From an uncultured Verrucomicrobiota bacterium (GTDB lineage Bacteria; Verrucomicrobiota; Kiritimatiellia; RFP12; UBA3636): DNA of 64,000 nucleotides. The stretch's first letter is position 1. Every line of letters begins with the position of its first letter. Shown here piece by piece: positions 36,783 to 47,074 of this stretch. The stretch is from the NCBI GenBank assembly GCA_937911295.1, contig CALDQE010000074.1, forward strand, positions 46,959-110,958, written 5' to 3'. Under the pieces are notes generated by a model. That model made no database searches. It worked only from the letters and a program-made list of their open reading frames with translations, and was not told the origin of the DNA. The position numbers were made by a program, and so were the translations under genes.

Positions 36783-39452
36783 TTATTGAAGAATAATTAC
36801 TGTGCCAGGCATTGCCTTTTCAGTCGTAAAGCGGATGTATGTATATGCATTATCACTACCCGCATCATTTGCTGCCTTCACACGAACAATATATTCAGAA
36901 TTTGCAACCAATCCCTTTGGTATTACAATTGAGTTATCCGTTGTTGACTGATTCTCAGCAAACATCTTAGCACCAGCCCCAGTATATGTTGCTGCAATTG
37001 CTGAGATACCAAAGTTCATCTCAACCTTCTGCCACTCGAACTTGAAGCGAGTATAGTTAGATGCTGCATCAAATTCAAATACACGAACTTCATCTGCTGC
37101 CAAGTCTGCTGCTGCATAAGAAGCAACCTGTACCCATGTTGCACCATCATCGGAAGATGCATATACAGTTACTGGATTACCAGTAAATCCAGCCTCTGTA
37201 CCCGCTTTTTTCTTAACAAAATATGCACTTAGAGTTGTAACTGCATTTGGATAAGCCTTTGTGATTACATAACCTGTGTCATCGGTAAAGCAAACAACAT
37301 TATGCTCAAAATCAAAATCTTTGTTATCAGCATATGTGCCATTAGCACCTTCAATTGTTACATCATAAGGGATTACACCATCACTTAATGTCTTAAAGTC
37401 GAAGAAGGTTTCCATATCAACACCATTTGTGATGATAGAAGAACCGCGCCAAATATCGTAGGTGTAGCTTGTGGCCTTTGATACAGCATCCCAAGAAAGA
37501 GTTGCACCTGTCGCTGTGATATCAGAAACAGAGATTCCGCCAACAACAAGTGGAAGAGCCTCTGCAACTGTAATTGTTACAGATGTTGTATATGTACCAC
37601 CCTCATTTGTTACTGAGAAAATTAGAGTAACAACTGTACCAACCTCAACACCCTCTGGTGTCCAAGTAAATACGCCATCAACAAATGTTGCATCCTCTGG
37701 CTTAGTGTCAACAGCAACCTCAGCAGCGTCTTCACCTACCATTGCAGAAACATTTACAACGATTGGATCTGTTAGAGGAGCAGTAAATGCATTCGTTGGT
37801 GCACCATTAATATCTGTCACAGAGAAAGCTGGTTTAAATGTATCAACTGCTGTTTCAAATGATGCTGTTGCTGCTGGAGAATCAAGACCTGTTACGCCAT
37901 CGCCAAGAGCAACAATAGAAACTGTATAGCTTGCACCATCCTTTAGGCCATCAACAAGCAAGCTTGTTTCTGTGAAGCCAACAGGCTTAACAATTGCTTC
38001 GCCTATATTATTGCCATCAGCATCAACCTCTTGAAGTGTCACTGTATAACCATCTGCACCTGTAACTGCTGTCCAAGCGATATTAGCACTATAGCAGGTT
38101 GCTGGTGTTGCTGTTACTCCTGCTGGAGTAGGAAGCTCTGTTAGAGAAGCAGATACAAACTGCTCTATCTTGAAGGAATCAATCATTGTGCGAAGATCTT
38201 CACCTCCTGAAACGGATATTTTAACAGGTTTAGTTCCTGCTGTAACAGATGTTTCATAAACGTACGTTGTGTAGGAATTTGTTACAAGTCCTGTTAATGG
38301 GATAGAAATTGGCGTAGTATCTCCAATCGTAACAACCAAATTCTCTGCAACACCAGAACCATTTGCAAAGCCCTTAACACTTGCAGTAATACGAGTTGAT
38401 AAAGCCTGAAAAGCAAGATTTGTTGTTATTACATAGCCAGGATCAGACTTCAAACTAATTCGAATTGAGCCATCAGCCGCATAAGCTTTATAAATTGGTG
38501 TTTCTAAATTCCAGTCAACCCAAGGAGCATTGTCTACCTTCAAACTAGTGCTACCCGATTCAGAAGACACATCAATTGTTTTACTAAAATCTTCATCAAA
38601 TAGCACCTTCCACTCACCAACAGGAGCGGCTTCTGTTGCGAAGGAAACTGCTTCTGAATAGTCTGAAGTTAGGTATGTTGTACCATTACCAACTGCAGCA
38701 ACCTTTACTGAATAAGTGGTTTGTGCAGATAAGTCTGTGAAATCAATTGAAGTTGTTTTTACAGTATTTGTTGTCTCTGTTTCACCCGTAGCAAGAATTA
38801 CAGAATATTCCTTTGCATTTGTTACTGCAGTCCAAGAAGCAGTTGCAGATTTGTGAGTAAGATTTGCTACTGCTAGGTCTTTAGGTGCTTCTAGCTGAAC
38901 TGGATCAGGATCATCAATATCAGGAACTTCTTGGGAGATGACTAAATTATCTATAAGAATGCGAGATTTACCTGCAGCACCACCAACTGTTCCCATTGTA
39001 AATGAAAATGTGTCTGTAGGAACACCATTCTCAAATGTTACTGAGATTCCTGTTGTAAATGAATCTGTATAAATAGTTGCAAAATCAGTATTAGCAACTG
39101 TATTTGTTACATCTCCAATAGAGATGTAAATATTATTGTTTACATCAGCATTATACTTTGCAGCATCGAAAGAAAAAGTAATTGGTGCATTTGGTGTACA
39201 TTTAAAATCTACAGATGTAAAGCTGCCGCGATCAGAAGAACCACTCAATCTTAAAGCTTTACCTTCTGTCAAACTTTGAGGATACATAAATGTTGTAGCA
39301 CTAAATAATTCCGGAAACTTTGCTGGTGTAAGTTGTGTTGTGTTTGCACCTTGTAATGAATCAAAATTTGAAGAATAGATAGTTGCTGTTGCTGCTAGTG
39401 CTGGAAATGCACATACAGAAACAAGTGCCAATAATAGCGATTTAATTTTCAT
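36783..39452 (-). CDS. Large secreted cell-surface protein with multiple fibronectin-type-III-like domains
   Basis: It has a signal peptide (LLALVSVCAFPALA) and repeated Fn3 signatures (ASWTAVTNAKEYSV, AWTAVTGADGYTV, LSWDAVSKATSYTY). The sequence is Thr/Ser/Val-rich. Confidence 0.75.
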   Translation of the reverse strand: MKIKSLLLALVSVCAFPALAATATIYSSNFDSLQGANTTQLTPAKFPELFSATTFMYPQSLTEGKALRLSGSSDRGSFTSVDFKCTPNAPITFSFDAAKYNADVNNNIYISIGDVTNTVANTDFATIYTDSFTTGISVTFENGVPTDTFSFTMGTVGGAAGKSRILIDNLVISQEVPDIDDPDPVQLEAPKDLAVANLTHKSATASWTAVTNAKEYSVILATGETETTNTVKTTSIDFTDLSAQTTYSVKVAAVGNGTTYLTSDYSEAVSFATEAAPVGEWKVLFDEDFSKTIDVSSESGSTSLKVDNAPWVDWNLETPIYKAYAADGSIRISLKSDPGYVITTNLAFQALSTRITASVKGFANGSGVAENLVVTIGDTTPISIPLTGLVTNSYTTYVYETSVTAGTKPVKISVSGGEDLRTMIDSFKIEQFVSASLTELPTPAGVTATPATCYSANIAWTAVTGADGYTVTLQEVDADGNNIGEAIVKPVGFTETSLLVDGLKDGASYTVSIVALGDGVTGLDSPAATASFETAVDTFKPAFSVTDINGAPTNAFTAPLTDPIVVNVSAMVGEDAAEVAVDTKPEDATFVDGVFTWTPEGVEVGTVVTLIFSVTNEGGTYTTSVTITVAEALPLVVGGISVSDITATGATLSWDAVSKATSYTYDIWRGSSIITNGVDMETFFDFKTLSDGVIPYDVTIEGANGTYADNKDFDFEHNVVCFTDDTGYVITKAYPNAVTTLSAYFVKKKAGTEAGFTGNPVTVYASSDDGATWVQVASYAAADLAADEVRVFEFDAASNYTRFKFEWQKVEMNFGISAIAATYTGAGAKMFAENQSTTDNSIVIPKGLVANSEYIVRVKAANDAGSDNAYTYIRFTTEKAMPGTVIILQ

Positions 39453-39596
39453 TTTTTTCTCTTTAATTAGGAATTTTTTTTAAAATTTTGTGGATTTAGG
39501 TTTATACAAGAAACCTTTCCAAATGAACAACTAAAATATAATCTATTTTGCTATGAAAAGTCTAGTATTTTTTAAAAACAAATAGTTGTTTTTCCA

Positions 39597-39642
39597 TTAT
39601 TTACAAAAGTTAATACACCTCTTTTGATATGATTTGCTGCAT
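39597..39642 (-). promoter_or_regulatory. Conserved roughly 45-bp upstream element, copy A, 145-190 bp upstream of the Fn3 surface-protein gene
   Basis: TTATTTACAAAAGTTAATACACCTCTTTTGATATGATTTGCTGCAT matches 44032-44076 (copy B, upstream of fabD) at about 80%, including a shared 17-mer core AAT[AG]CACCTCTTTTGAT. Confidence 0.4.
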
Positions 39643-39699
39643 AATAATGCGTTTAATTGCATAATCAACCCGTTTTAATAAAACTTTGTAAAAATCTAA

Positions 39700-39730
39700 A
39701 ATCAAAAAAGGCGCCACATCGGACGCCTTT
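39700..39730 (-). terminator. Rho-independent terminator directly after the rex stop codon
   Basis: It is the hairpin AGGCG ccacatcgga CGCCT with a T-run (on the minus strand GGCGTCCGATGTGGCGCC TTTTTTGATTTT). Confidence 0.65.
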
Positions 39731-39733
39731 TTA

Positions 39734-40420
39734 TTAGTTATTATTTCCTGCAACAATACTGTGCGAAAGCACCGCTAACGATGACGCAAGGTCCTCATGC
39801 CGTACCTTAACACTTTCTGGTGTATGTAAGCAAATTGGAGTAAAATTCCAAATCCCCTTTACTCCAGCTTGCACAAGCCCATCAGCTGCTTCTTGCGCTG
39901 CAGACGCAGGAACCGTAATAATTCCTATACTTACATTTAATTTTGCAACAATCTCCGGCATCTGATTTAATGAATAAATTGGTACTCCAGAGATGCTTTC
40001 TGGCAAATCCTCACGATTATCAAAAGCAGCAACAATTTTAAACCCATGCTTCAAAAAGCCTGGATAACCTAGCAATGCAGAACCCAATCGGCCCGCACCA
40101 ACTAAAATTGCATTCATCTCAAGATTCCAACCTAATAAACGCTGAATTGCAAGAATCAATGCATTTACAGGGAAACCTATACGTGGCTTGCCACACACTC
40201 CTGTGCCAGCTAAATCCTTTCGAACAACTATTGGGTCAATCATCAATTGACGAGCAATCACTGCGGCAGATGCAAAGGATTCCCCTTTATCTTGCATCTG
40301 ACGCAATAGACGCAAATACTGAGGCAACCGCTTGATTGTGCGATTACTAAAGTCCAACGTCTGCTGAGTTGCCCCATTCCCCATTGATTGACTCTTGGAG
40401 TGCTTTGATTTTCTACCCAT
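39734..40420 (-). CDS. rex: Redox-sensing transcriptional repressor Rex, with start possibly at the internal Met (40384)
   Basis: It has a winged-helix N-terminus (IKRLPQYLRLL), a Rossmann NADH-binding motif (ILVGAGRLGSAL) and a CoA-binding fold. Confidence 0.8.
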   Translation of the reverse strand: MGRKSKHSKSQSMGNGATQQTLDFSNRTIKRLPQYLRLLRQMQDKGESFASAAVIARQLMIDPIVVRKDLAGTGVCGKPRIGFPVNALILAIQRLLGWNLEMNAILVGAGRLGSALLGYPGFLKHGFKIVAAFDNREDLPESISGVPIYSLNQMPEIVAKLNVSIGIITVPASAAQEAADGLVQAGVKGIWNFTPICLHTPESVKVRHEDLASSLAVLSHSIVAGNNN

Positions 40421-40457
40421 TACAGAAATGCCTAAGCGACTGTTAAAGCAAGCTTAA

Positions 40458-41693
40458 TTATACACGCTTGAATAGGGCACAAGCATTGTGACCACCAAAG
40501 CCAAGTGAGTTATTCAAGCAGAAATCAATCTTTCTCTCACGAGCAGCATTTGGTGTATAATCCAAATCGCAATCTGGATCTGGGTTCTGATAATTGATTG
40601 TTGGAGGGATTACGCCATTTTTCAATGCAAGAGCACAAACAACAGACTCAATTGCACCAGCAGCACCAAGCATATGACCTGTCATTGACTTAGAAGAAGA
40701 AACAGAAACCTTACGAGCATTCTCCTCGCCTAAAGCCTTCTTAATAGCAGCTGTCTCAATGCGATCATTCATAGGTGTAGAAGTACCATGTGCATTTACA
40801 TAGCCAATCTGATCTGGGTTAACACCGGCAGACTGCATAGAGAAAATCATTGCTTGAGCACCACCTTCGCCGCCCTCAGCTGGAGCAGTCATGTGATAAG
40901 CATCGCAAGTAGCACCAAAGCCACCAACCTCAGCATAAATCTTTGCACCGCGCTTAACTGCGTGCTCATATTCCTCAAGAACAAGAACAGCAGCACCCTC
41001 ACCCATAATAAAGCCATTACGTTCCTTATCAAATGGGCGGCAAGCATGTGCAGGATCATCATTTGTTGTTGAAAGAGCATGCATAGCAGCAAAGCCAGCA
41101 ATTGAAATTGGGCTTACTGCTGCCTCAGCACCACCAGCTAGCATAACATCTGCATCACCATACTTGATTGCTTTCATTGCATCACCGATGCTGTGTAGAC
41201 CAGTAGCACAAGCAGAAACAACTGCGTAGTTAGGGCCCTTTAGACCATGCTCAATTGCAACCATACCAGAAGCAATATTTACAATAATCTGTGGGATACA
41301 GAATGGAGAAACACGGCGAGGACCACGATCCTTTAGAACTAGAACCTCTTTCTCTGTTGTTGAAATACCACCTACACCAGAAGAAACGATACAACCACAG
41401 CGCCATGGATTCTCAGCGGAGAAATTAATTCCACTATCTTGTACTGCCAAGCGTGATGCAGCAATTGCATAATGAGTGTATGGGTCCATACGACGCTGCT
41501 GCTTTGGATCAATAAATGCATTAACATCAAAATCCTTAACCTCAGCAGCAATCTTTACAGGAAATTCTGTTGCATCAAACTTTGTGATTGTGCCAATACC
41601 ATTAGTTCCTTCAACAAGACGATTCCAAAATGTATCTAGTTCACAGCCTAGAGGTGAAACAACGCCCATACCAGTGATTACTACACGCTTCAT
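40458..41693 (-). CDS. fabF: 3-oxoacyl-ACP synthase II
   Basis: MKRVVITGMGVVSPLG plus the active-site Cys (SACATG) and the His/His region. The 411-aa length fits. Confidence 0.95.
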   Translation of the reverse strand: MKRVVITGMGVVSPLGCELDTFWNRLVEGTNGIGTITKFDATEFPVKIAAEVKDFDVNAFIDPKQQRRMDPYTHYAIAASRLAVQDSGINFSAENPWRCGCIVSSGVGGISTTEKEVLVLKDRGPRRVSPFCIPQIIVNIASGMVAIEHGLKGPNYAVVSACATGLHSIGDAMKAIKYGDADVMLAGGAEAAVSPISIAGFAAMHALSTTNDDPAHACRPFDKERNGFIMGEGAAVLVLEEYEHAVKRGAKIYAEVGGFGATCDAYHMTAPAEGGEGGAQAMIFSMQSAGVNPDQIGYVNAHGTSTPMNDRIETAAIKKALGEENARKVSVSSSKSMTGHMLGAAGAIESVVCALALKNGVIPPTINYQNPDPDCDLDYTPNAARERKIDFCLNNSLGFGGHNACALFKRV

Positions 41694-41854
41694 TTTTATT
41701 TTTCCTTAAATTTTCTTTTTATTGTTTTTCAGTGATCATTTTTTGCCCAGCATCACTGTCTTACCGGGAAATCCGAATGGAGGCAGAGTGCATGCTTGCA
41801 CCCTGCTCCAAATTTTACTTAATTACCAAACTAATTAAGAGGCATAAACCTAAA

Positions 41855-42115
41855 TTATAGCTCAGTAGGAACACCCTTTGACTTTAGGTATTCAACGATT
41901 GCACCTAGGCTCTTTAGAGCTGCTGTATCGTCTTCTGGGATAGAATCGCCGTTAAGCAAATCTTTGAACTCATCCTCAATCTTCATAACTAGCTCAGCTA
42001 GGTCTAGAGAGTCTGCACCTAGATCGTTAATGAAGTCTGCAGCTGGAGTTACTTCCTCTGCGCCACGGTTTAGAGTTTCGCAGATAATTGTCTTTACTTT
42101 TTCTTCTAGTGTCAT
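41855..42115 (-). CDS. acpP: Acyl carrier protein
   Basis: It has the phosphopantetheine-attachment motif DLGADSLD and is 86 aa. Confidence 0.9.
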   Translation of the reverse strand: MTLEEKVKTIICETLNRGAEEVTPAADFINDLGADSLDLAELVMKIEDEFKDLLNGDSIPEDDTAALKSLGAIVEYLKSKGVPTEL

Positions 42116-42226
42116 GGTAATTGTCCTTGACTTGTTAGTTGTTATTGTTTAGTTGCGAAATTTACGCATTAGCGCAAAAATTCAGCGATTAAGTTATATA
42201 TTTCAATGTACATTATTGAAAATTGA

Positions 42227-42961
42227 TTATGGCATTAGCATACCACCATTTACGCTGATAACCTGACCAGTGATATAGGCAGCAGCATCACTTGCTAAGA
42301 ATGCAACAGCATTAGCGACATCCTCTACTTCGCCAAACTTACCCATAGGGATTACGGATAGCATGCGATTCTTAACATCATCTGTTAGAACATCTGTCAT
42401 CTTTGACTTAATAAAGCCTGGTGCAACAGCATTAACGCGGATTCCACGAGCACCTAGTTCACGTGCAGCAGACTTTGTTAGAGCGACCAAACCACCCTTA
42501 GAAGCAGAGTAATTGCACTGACCAGCATTACCCATCAAACCGACTACAGATGCAATATTGATGATAGAACCTTTACGAGCACGCATCATATTGCGTGAAA
42601 CTGCCTTAGTCATTAAGAATGCACCCTTTAGGTTGATATCTAGAACAGAATCCCAATCCTCCTCAGACATACGCATTAGAAGACCATCGCGTGTAATACC
42701 TGCATTATTTACACAAATATCAATTGTGCCAAATTGCTTAATTACTGCATCAACTCCTGCATCAATGCTTGCTGCTTCAGCGACATTGATTTCCATTGCG
42801 ATTGCATTTGCACCTAAAGCCTTAAGAGCTTCAACTGTTTCCTCACACCACTCTGCCTTAACATCGCATACAACGATATTCTCAACACCATCCTTAGCTA
42901 GCTTCTCGCAGATTGCTCTACCGATACCACGTGCTGAACCTGTTACAATTGCTGTACTCAT
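42227..42961 (-). CDS. fabG: 3-oxoacyl-ACP reductase (SDR family)
   Basis: It has the TGSARGIG Rossmann motif, NNAG, and the catalytic YSASK. Confidence 0.9.
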   Translation of the reverse strand: MSTAIVTGSARGIGRAICEKLAKDGVENIVVCDVKAEWCEETVEALKALGANAIAMEINVAEAASIDAGVDAVIKQFGTIDICVNNAGITRDGLLMRMSEEDWDSVLDINLKGAFLMTKAVSRNMMRARKGSIINIASVVGLMGNAGQCNYSASKGGLVALTKSAARELGARGIRVNAVAPGFIKSKMTDVLTDDVKNRMLSVIPMGKFGEVEDVANAVAFLASDAAAYITGQVISVNGGMLMP

Positions 42962-43005
42962 TATTTATACCTTTCAAATTATAAATGATTATCTTTTACT
43001 TTTTG

Positions 43006-43926
43006 TTATAATGCTTCAGCTGTTGCCACAACCTGAGCAGCATTACCAACATTAAATAGGGCTGCTGTTGGAGCAATTCGCTTAATCATACCAGTTAGAA
43101 CACGACCAGGTCCAAACTCAACAAATTTTGTTGCTCCATCAGCAGCCAATGCTTCAACATTTTGCTGCCAACGGACACTGCCACAAATCTGCTGTAGCAT
43201 AGCCTGCTTAATTTCCTCAACTGTGCCATGATATTTACCAGTGAAATTTGACATTACAGGCACTGCTGGGGCATTGATATTTGCGGAAGCAAGCACCTCA
43301 GCAAGCTTTTCTGCTGCTGGAGCCATAAATTGAGAATGGTAAGCACCTGCGACCTGAAGAACCATTGCACGTGCACCTTTAGTTGCTGCAAGAGCTTCTG
43401 CTGCAGCAACCTGCTCTTTTGTTCCAGAGATAACGGTTTGCTCAGCTGTATTATAATTGGAAACATGGCAGCCTGTCTCTGCAGCGATTTCTTCGGCAAC
43501 AGCAGCAGGAACACGTAGAATTGACACCATGCCAGATGGTTGCATTTCGCATGCCTCTTGCATAAAGCGTCCACGTGCTTCCAGTAGCTTAACAGTATCA
43601 GCAAAAGATACAGCACCAGCAGCCCAAAGAGCTGTCCATTCACCTAGGCTCAAGCCAGCCATTGCATCAAAGCTAATTTCTGGTTTAACCTTCTTTAGAG
43701 CTGTAAAGCATGCTGCACTCATAACAAAAATTGCTGGTTGGCAAATATTTGTTTTTGTTAGCTCCTCGGCTGGACCTTCAAAACAAATATTTGATAGCTT
43801 GAAGCCCAAAATATCATCTGCCTCAGCAAACAAAGCAGCACATTCTGGGTGCTCTGCTGCTAAATCCTTACCCATACCAGGTGCCTGAGCTCCCTGACCT
43901 GCAAATACTGCAACTTTCTTATCCAT
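43006..43926 (-). CDS. fabD: Malonyl-CoA:ACP transacylase
   Basis: It has the GLSLGEW active-site serine motif and GQGAQ. Confidence 0.9.
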   Translation of the reverse strand: MDKKVAVFAGQGAQAPGMGKDLAAEHPECAALFAEADDILGFKLSNICFEGPAEELTKTNICQPAIFVMSAACFTALKKVKPEISFDAMAGLSLGEWTALWAAGAVSFADTVKLLEARGRFMQEACEMQPSGMVSILRVPAAVAEEIAAETGCHVSNYNTAEQTVISGTKEQVAAAEALAATKGARAMVLQVAGAYHSQFMAPAAEKLAEVLASANINAPAVPVMSNFTGKYHGTVEEIKQAMLQQICGSVRWQQNVEALAADGATKFVEFGPGRVLTGMIKRIAPTAALFNVGNAAQVVATAEAL

Positions 43927-44031
43927 TTATCGTTTCTTTCGTTTAATACTTAAATCGCTAAAAAATTATCTAATAATGATACTATAATTTTAAAAAAAAT
44001 TAAAGCACAAATTCAAAAAAAAAATGCGTTT

Positions 44032-44076
44032 TTTTGAATTCTTTATTTGCACAAGTAAATGCACCTCTTTTGATGC
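44032..44076 (-). promoter_or_regulatory. Conserved roughly 45-bp upstream element, copy B, 106-150 bp upstream of fabD
   Basis: TTTATTTGCACAAGTAAATGCACCTCTTTTGATGCATTTAGACAT; see copy A at 39597-39642. Confidence 0.4.
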
Positions 44077-44260
44077 ATTTAGACATGAGAAAGGGCATTT
44101 AGTCTTATAAACTATATGTGTACCATATCTTAGCTCATGCTTACGTGGCCATCATGCACACTAGATTAATATCTGATTACATGTTTTTCACATATGAACA
44201 GTGTGCTTGAAAATATTTACTTGTGCATATGTAACGAGTTTGTAATTGACCCCTTCATAT

Positions 44261-47074
44261 TTACAAACTGTTAACTAGCTTGTCCATTTCTGCTCGATAG
44301 AAAAGAATGGTTTGTCGGAAATCCTCAACGCATTCCTCAAAGCTCATTACCTTCTCCTCTGGGAATGGTGTAGATATATTCTCAAGCTCATATTTCATAT
44401 AATCCGAAATTATTGATTCCTTCTCCCTTATCCAAGCATCAATTGATTCATCCGTAAATAAAGTAGAACGATGCTTTGCCCAGCGCTCTTTTACTGTTGC
44501 CTTAAACTCTGGTGAATATCTTATGCATTTGTCAAACAAAACATTTGAGCAAGGACGAAATCTTAGCCTATTATTAAATGTTTTGTCACAATCCCAAGGG
44601 ACAATTGTCAGCTTACCCTCTGCATCAAAGCACAAAATTTGATTTAAATGCATCATATCCATATTCTGTGAGAAATTAAGTATCAAATAAAAATCAACAA
44701 CATTCTCAATATCTATTTGTCTAGAAAGCAAGGAACTAAAGCCTTCTGATGAAGCATTATCTAACAAATCAACAACCTTTAAATAATTCGTAACCCCGTA
44801 GCCAAAATCATTTCGAGGGACAATTTCCTCAAACATACCTGTATGATGGCTTCCAAATAAATTTGTTCCTACACGAGATCTTAATGCTGAAACAATATTT
44901 GTTGAAAGATTTTTCTCATCAATTCTATTCATTGCTTCATACACACCGGCATATTCCCCATTAACACAGAGCTCGACGTATGTCATTTTTGGAGCAATAT
45001 TCTTACCTGGATTCATCCTTGAGAACATTTCAAAAGTAAATGCATTTCTCATACGTGTCCTATCGGAATAACCAGACACCAAAAATAGATGACAAGAATC
45101 TAATGCTCCAATCACCCCATGAGGATTTTCAAATTCTATTCCAAGTGAGCGCTTCCTTCCTTTAACGTAGGATGTATTACCTCGGTGCTTAATTCCTGTT
45201 TTTGACCCAGATAAACCATAATTAACACTCGCGACTTCTTCTCCTGCCTTTTGAATTTCACAAATAAAATCCTGCTTTGTATTTTTCTGTAGTGGGCTAT
45301 CTATCCATAGAAACAGTCTATGCAACTTTGAAACGGATGGAACAACCCTGTATAACAAGTCACCTGTTAAAGAGTCTTTAGCATTCCTAACTTTTATATT
45401 TACAAATTCTGGTGAAGTCAAATTTTTATTATTAACAGAACCCTCTAGAGAAATTACATTCGGATTTGATGTGCTTTCAATCTCCCATCCATCAGGTATT
45501 TCAAGCTCGTGCTGTACCATAAATGGAGACATATTGCCACCAAGAAAATCAAATTCATGTAGCCCTCCTCCAGCAAAATTCTTTTTTTGCTGTTTTTCTT
45601 TAAACAATTTTTCTCGTGCATTTACCTCAGCCTCGCTCCAAGGGAAAAATACATCACAGAGAATATGCTTTCGAGCTGTTTCTGCAGCTTCTTGAATTGT
45701 TGATTCTCCAGAGTGAGCGTAGGAAAGGATTCTCTCTGGGCTAACTTCTTTATCAGACAACATCCAGCCTCTTCCTTTGCTTTCCCATTCCTGCAAATAA
45801 TAAACTCCAAGCAATTCATTATTACAATAAAGCTTAACTAACTTAGATGGGTCATTAGGAAGAAGAGAAGCCGCGTCGGGATGTTTAATATGATATAGTT
45901 CTGCCGGAGTCAGACAAAACATATCGCGAAGCTCAAAGCTCGCCTCTTCCTCAATACATTCTAGCACAATAACAACAAACCCTTTTCTCATAGGCTTGAC
46001 GTTATAAACCCCATATACATCATCAAGATACGCATAGCACTCAACAACCTCACCATTTCTAATCATTCTGACTTTACGTAAATTTTGAGCAGCATTAATG
46101 CGTTTTCCAGACAACATAGACAGCTCATGGGCTTTTTTAAAATGAGTTAAATCTGACTTAGAAAAATCAAATGCAATTACGGGCAAATCTTTATGAGTAA
46201 CAGAATCTAGACTCCTGAAGGGATTTAGTCTACATACTGCTCTCAGGCCTCCGCTAAACAACGAATAAAGGCTTCTTGCACTCCGAGCAGCAATCACTTT
46301 AAAAGAAAATGAATTAGCAAATTTCTTTGACATTGGAGTTCGAGATAGCTTTCGTATCTCACTATCAGAAAGAGCACGAGAAAAAACAGACAATTCATCA
46401 ATAGCACCAAGAAAAGGCATATCTGTCTTTCCTCCAACAGCTATCCTTGCTCTATGAAACGGCATAGATTTTATACCTTCTATTTCTCCCGCAGCGCTTC
46501 CATTAAAATAAAAAACAAGCTTATTGTCCTTTGCTACTAATGCAGCGTGATTCCATTGTTTTTGATTTACAATTGGTGCCTCTATTTTTCTCCATTCATT
46601 TTTTATAAAAAGCCGCAAATAAAGCGTATCATTATTTATGCCTAAAATATTTTCAGCACAATCATCAGATGGGAAAAACAAAATTGTTTGAGGGATAGTA
46701 TGCTTATCCAATTTAAAGAAAAAGGATAGAGTCCCCTCCGTCGCAAAAAATTGCTCCCATTTATAATCAAGGAAAAGCATCCCATTGTTGCCTGGCTCAA
46801 ATTTTCTAGCTCCACCAAATTTTCCATTGGTATATCGCATTGAGTAATAATTAATCTCATTACCCAAAACCTCATCTACTAAAAAGGGATAATCAAACGA
46901 GCAATATAAATCTAAGCCTTCTGCTTGAGCCTTCTCTGAATTAAAAGAAACCCTTCGCCTCTCCCCAATTTTGCTTAAAACATTTAGTAAAGGTTCGGCT
47001 ACAAAATTTATGGCAGCAGCTAAAATAATTATCGCTGCAATGCATATTATTTTCTTAGAAGGCTTAATTCGCAT
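44261..47074 (-). CDS. Membrane-anchored protein with an N-terminal TM helix, a LamG/concanavalin-like lectin domain and a CotH-family atypical kinase-like domain
   Basis: The N-terminal TM is IICIAAIIILAAAINFV. The LamG-type signature is GAIDELSVFSRALSDSEIRKL. The CotH-type signature is VNGEYAGVYEAMNRIDEKNL, with additional CotH-like blocks. Its start overlaps the upstream gene stop (47074). Confidence 0.65.
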   Translation of the reverse strand: MRIKPSKKIICIAAIIILAAAINFVAEPLLNVLSKIGERRRVSFNSEKAQAEGLDLYCSFDYPFLVDEVLGNEINYYSMRYTNGKFGGARKFEPGNNGMLFLDYKWEQFFATEGTLSFFFKLDKHTIPQTILFFPSDDCAENILGINNDTLYLRLFIKNEWRKIEAPIVNQKQWNHAALVAKDNKLVFYFNGSAAGEIEGIKSMPFHRARIAVGGKTDMPFLGAIDELSVFSRALSDSEIRKLSRTPMSKKFANSFSFKVIAARSARSLYSLFSGGLRAVCRLNPFRSLDSVTHKDLPVIAFDFSKSDLTHFKKAHELSMLSGKRINAAQNLRKVRMIRNGEVVECYAYLDDVYGVYNVKPMRKGFVVIVLECIEEEASFELRDMFCLTPAELYHIKHPDAASLLPNDPSKLVKLYCNNELLGVYYLQEWESKGRGWMLSDKEVSPERILSYAHSGESTIQEAAETARKHILCDVFFPWSEAEVNAREKLFKEKQQKKNFAGGGLHEFDFLGGNMSPFMVQHELEIPDGWEIESTSNPNVISLEGSVNNKNLTSPEFVNIKVRNAKDSLTGDLLYRVVPSVSKLHRLFLWIDSPLQKNTKQDFICEIQKAGEEVASVNYGLSGSKTGIKHRGNTSYVKGRKRSLGIEFENPHGVIGALDSCHLFLVSGYSDRTRMRNAFTFEMFSRMNPGKNIAPKMTYVELCVNGEYAGVYEAMNRIDEKNLSTNIVSALRSRVGTNLFGSHHTGMFEEIVPRNDFGYGVTNYLKVVDLLDNASSEGFSSLLSRQIDIENVVDFYLILNFSQNMDMMHLNQILCFDAEGKLTIVPWDCDKTFNNRLRFRPCSNVLFDKCIRYSPEFKATVKERWAKHRSTLFTDESIDAWIREKESIISDYMKYELENISTPFPEEKVMSFEECVEDFRQTILFYRAEMDKLVNSL

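Noticed and set aside
37471-37929. 152-aa plus-strand ORF
   Set aside because: It is antisense inside the Fn3 surface-protein gene. Its Thr/Ser/Val richness mirrors the codon bias of the sense strand.
41694-41854. acpP-fabF intergenic stem-loops as an attenuator or structured RNA
   Set aside because: Only short (4-7 bp) imperfect hairpins could be found by eye. This is consistent with the known acpP-fabF intergenic partial terminator but not distinctive enough to call.
42558-43888. Plus-strand ORFs of 165, 62 and 143 aa opposite fabG and fabD
   Set aside because: They are antisense to highly conserved fab genes. They are Ser/Ala-rich artefacts of GC-skewed codon positions.
44001-44040. A/T-only palindrome GAATTCAAAAAAA...TTTTTTTGAATTC as a terminator for the CotH gene
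   Set aside because: The stem consists almost entirely of A-T pairs, and it lies 220 bp from the stop codon. It is not convincing as an intrinsic terminator.
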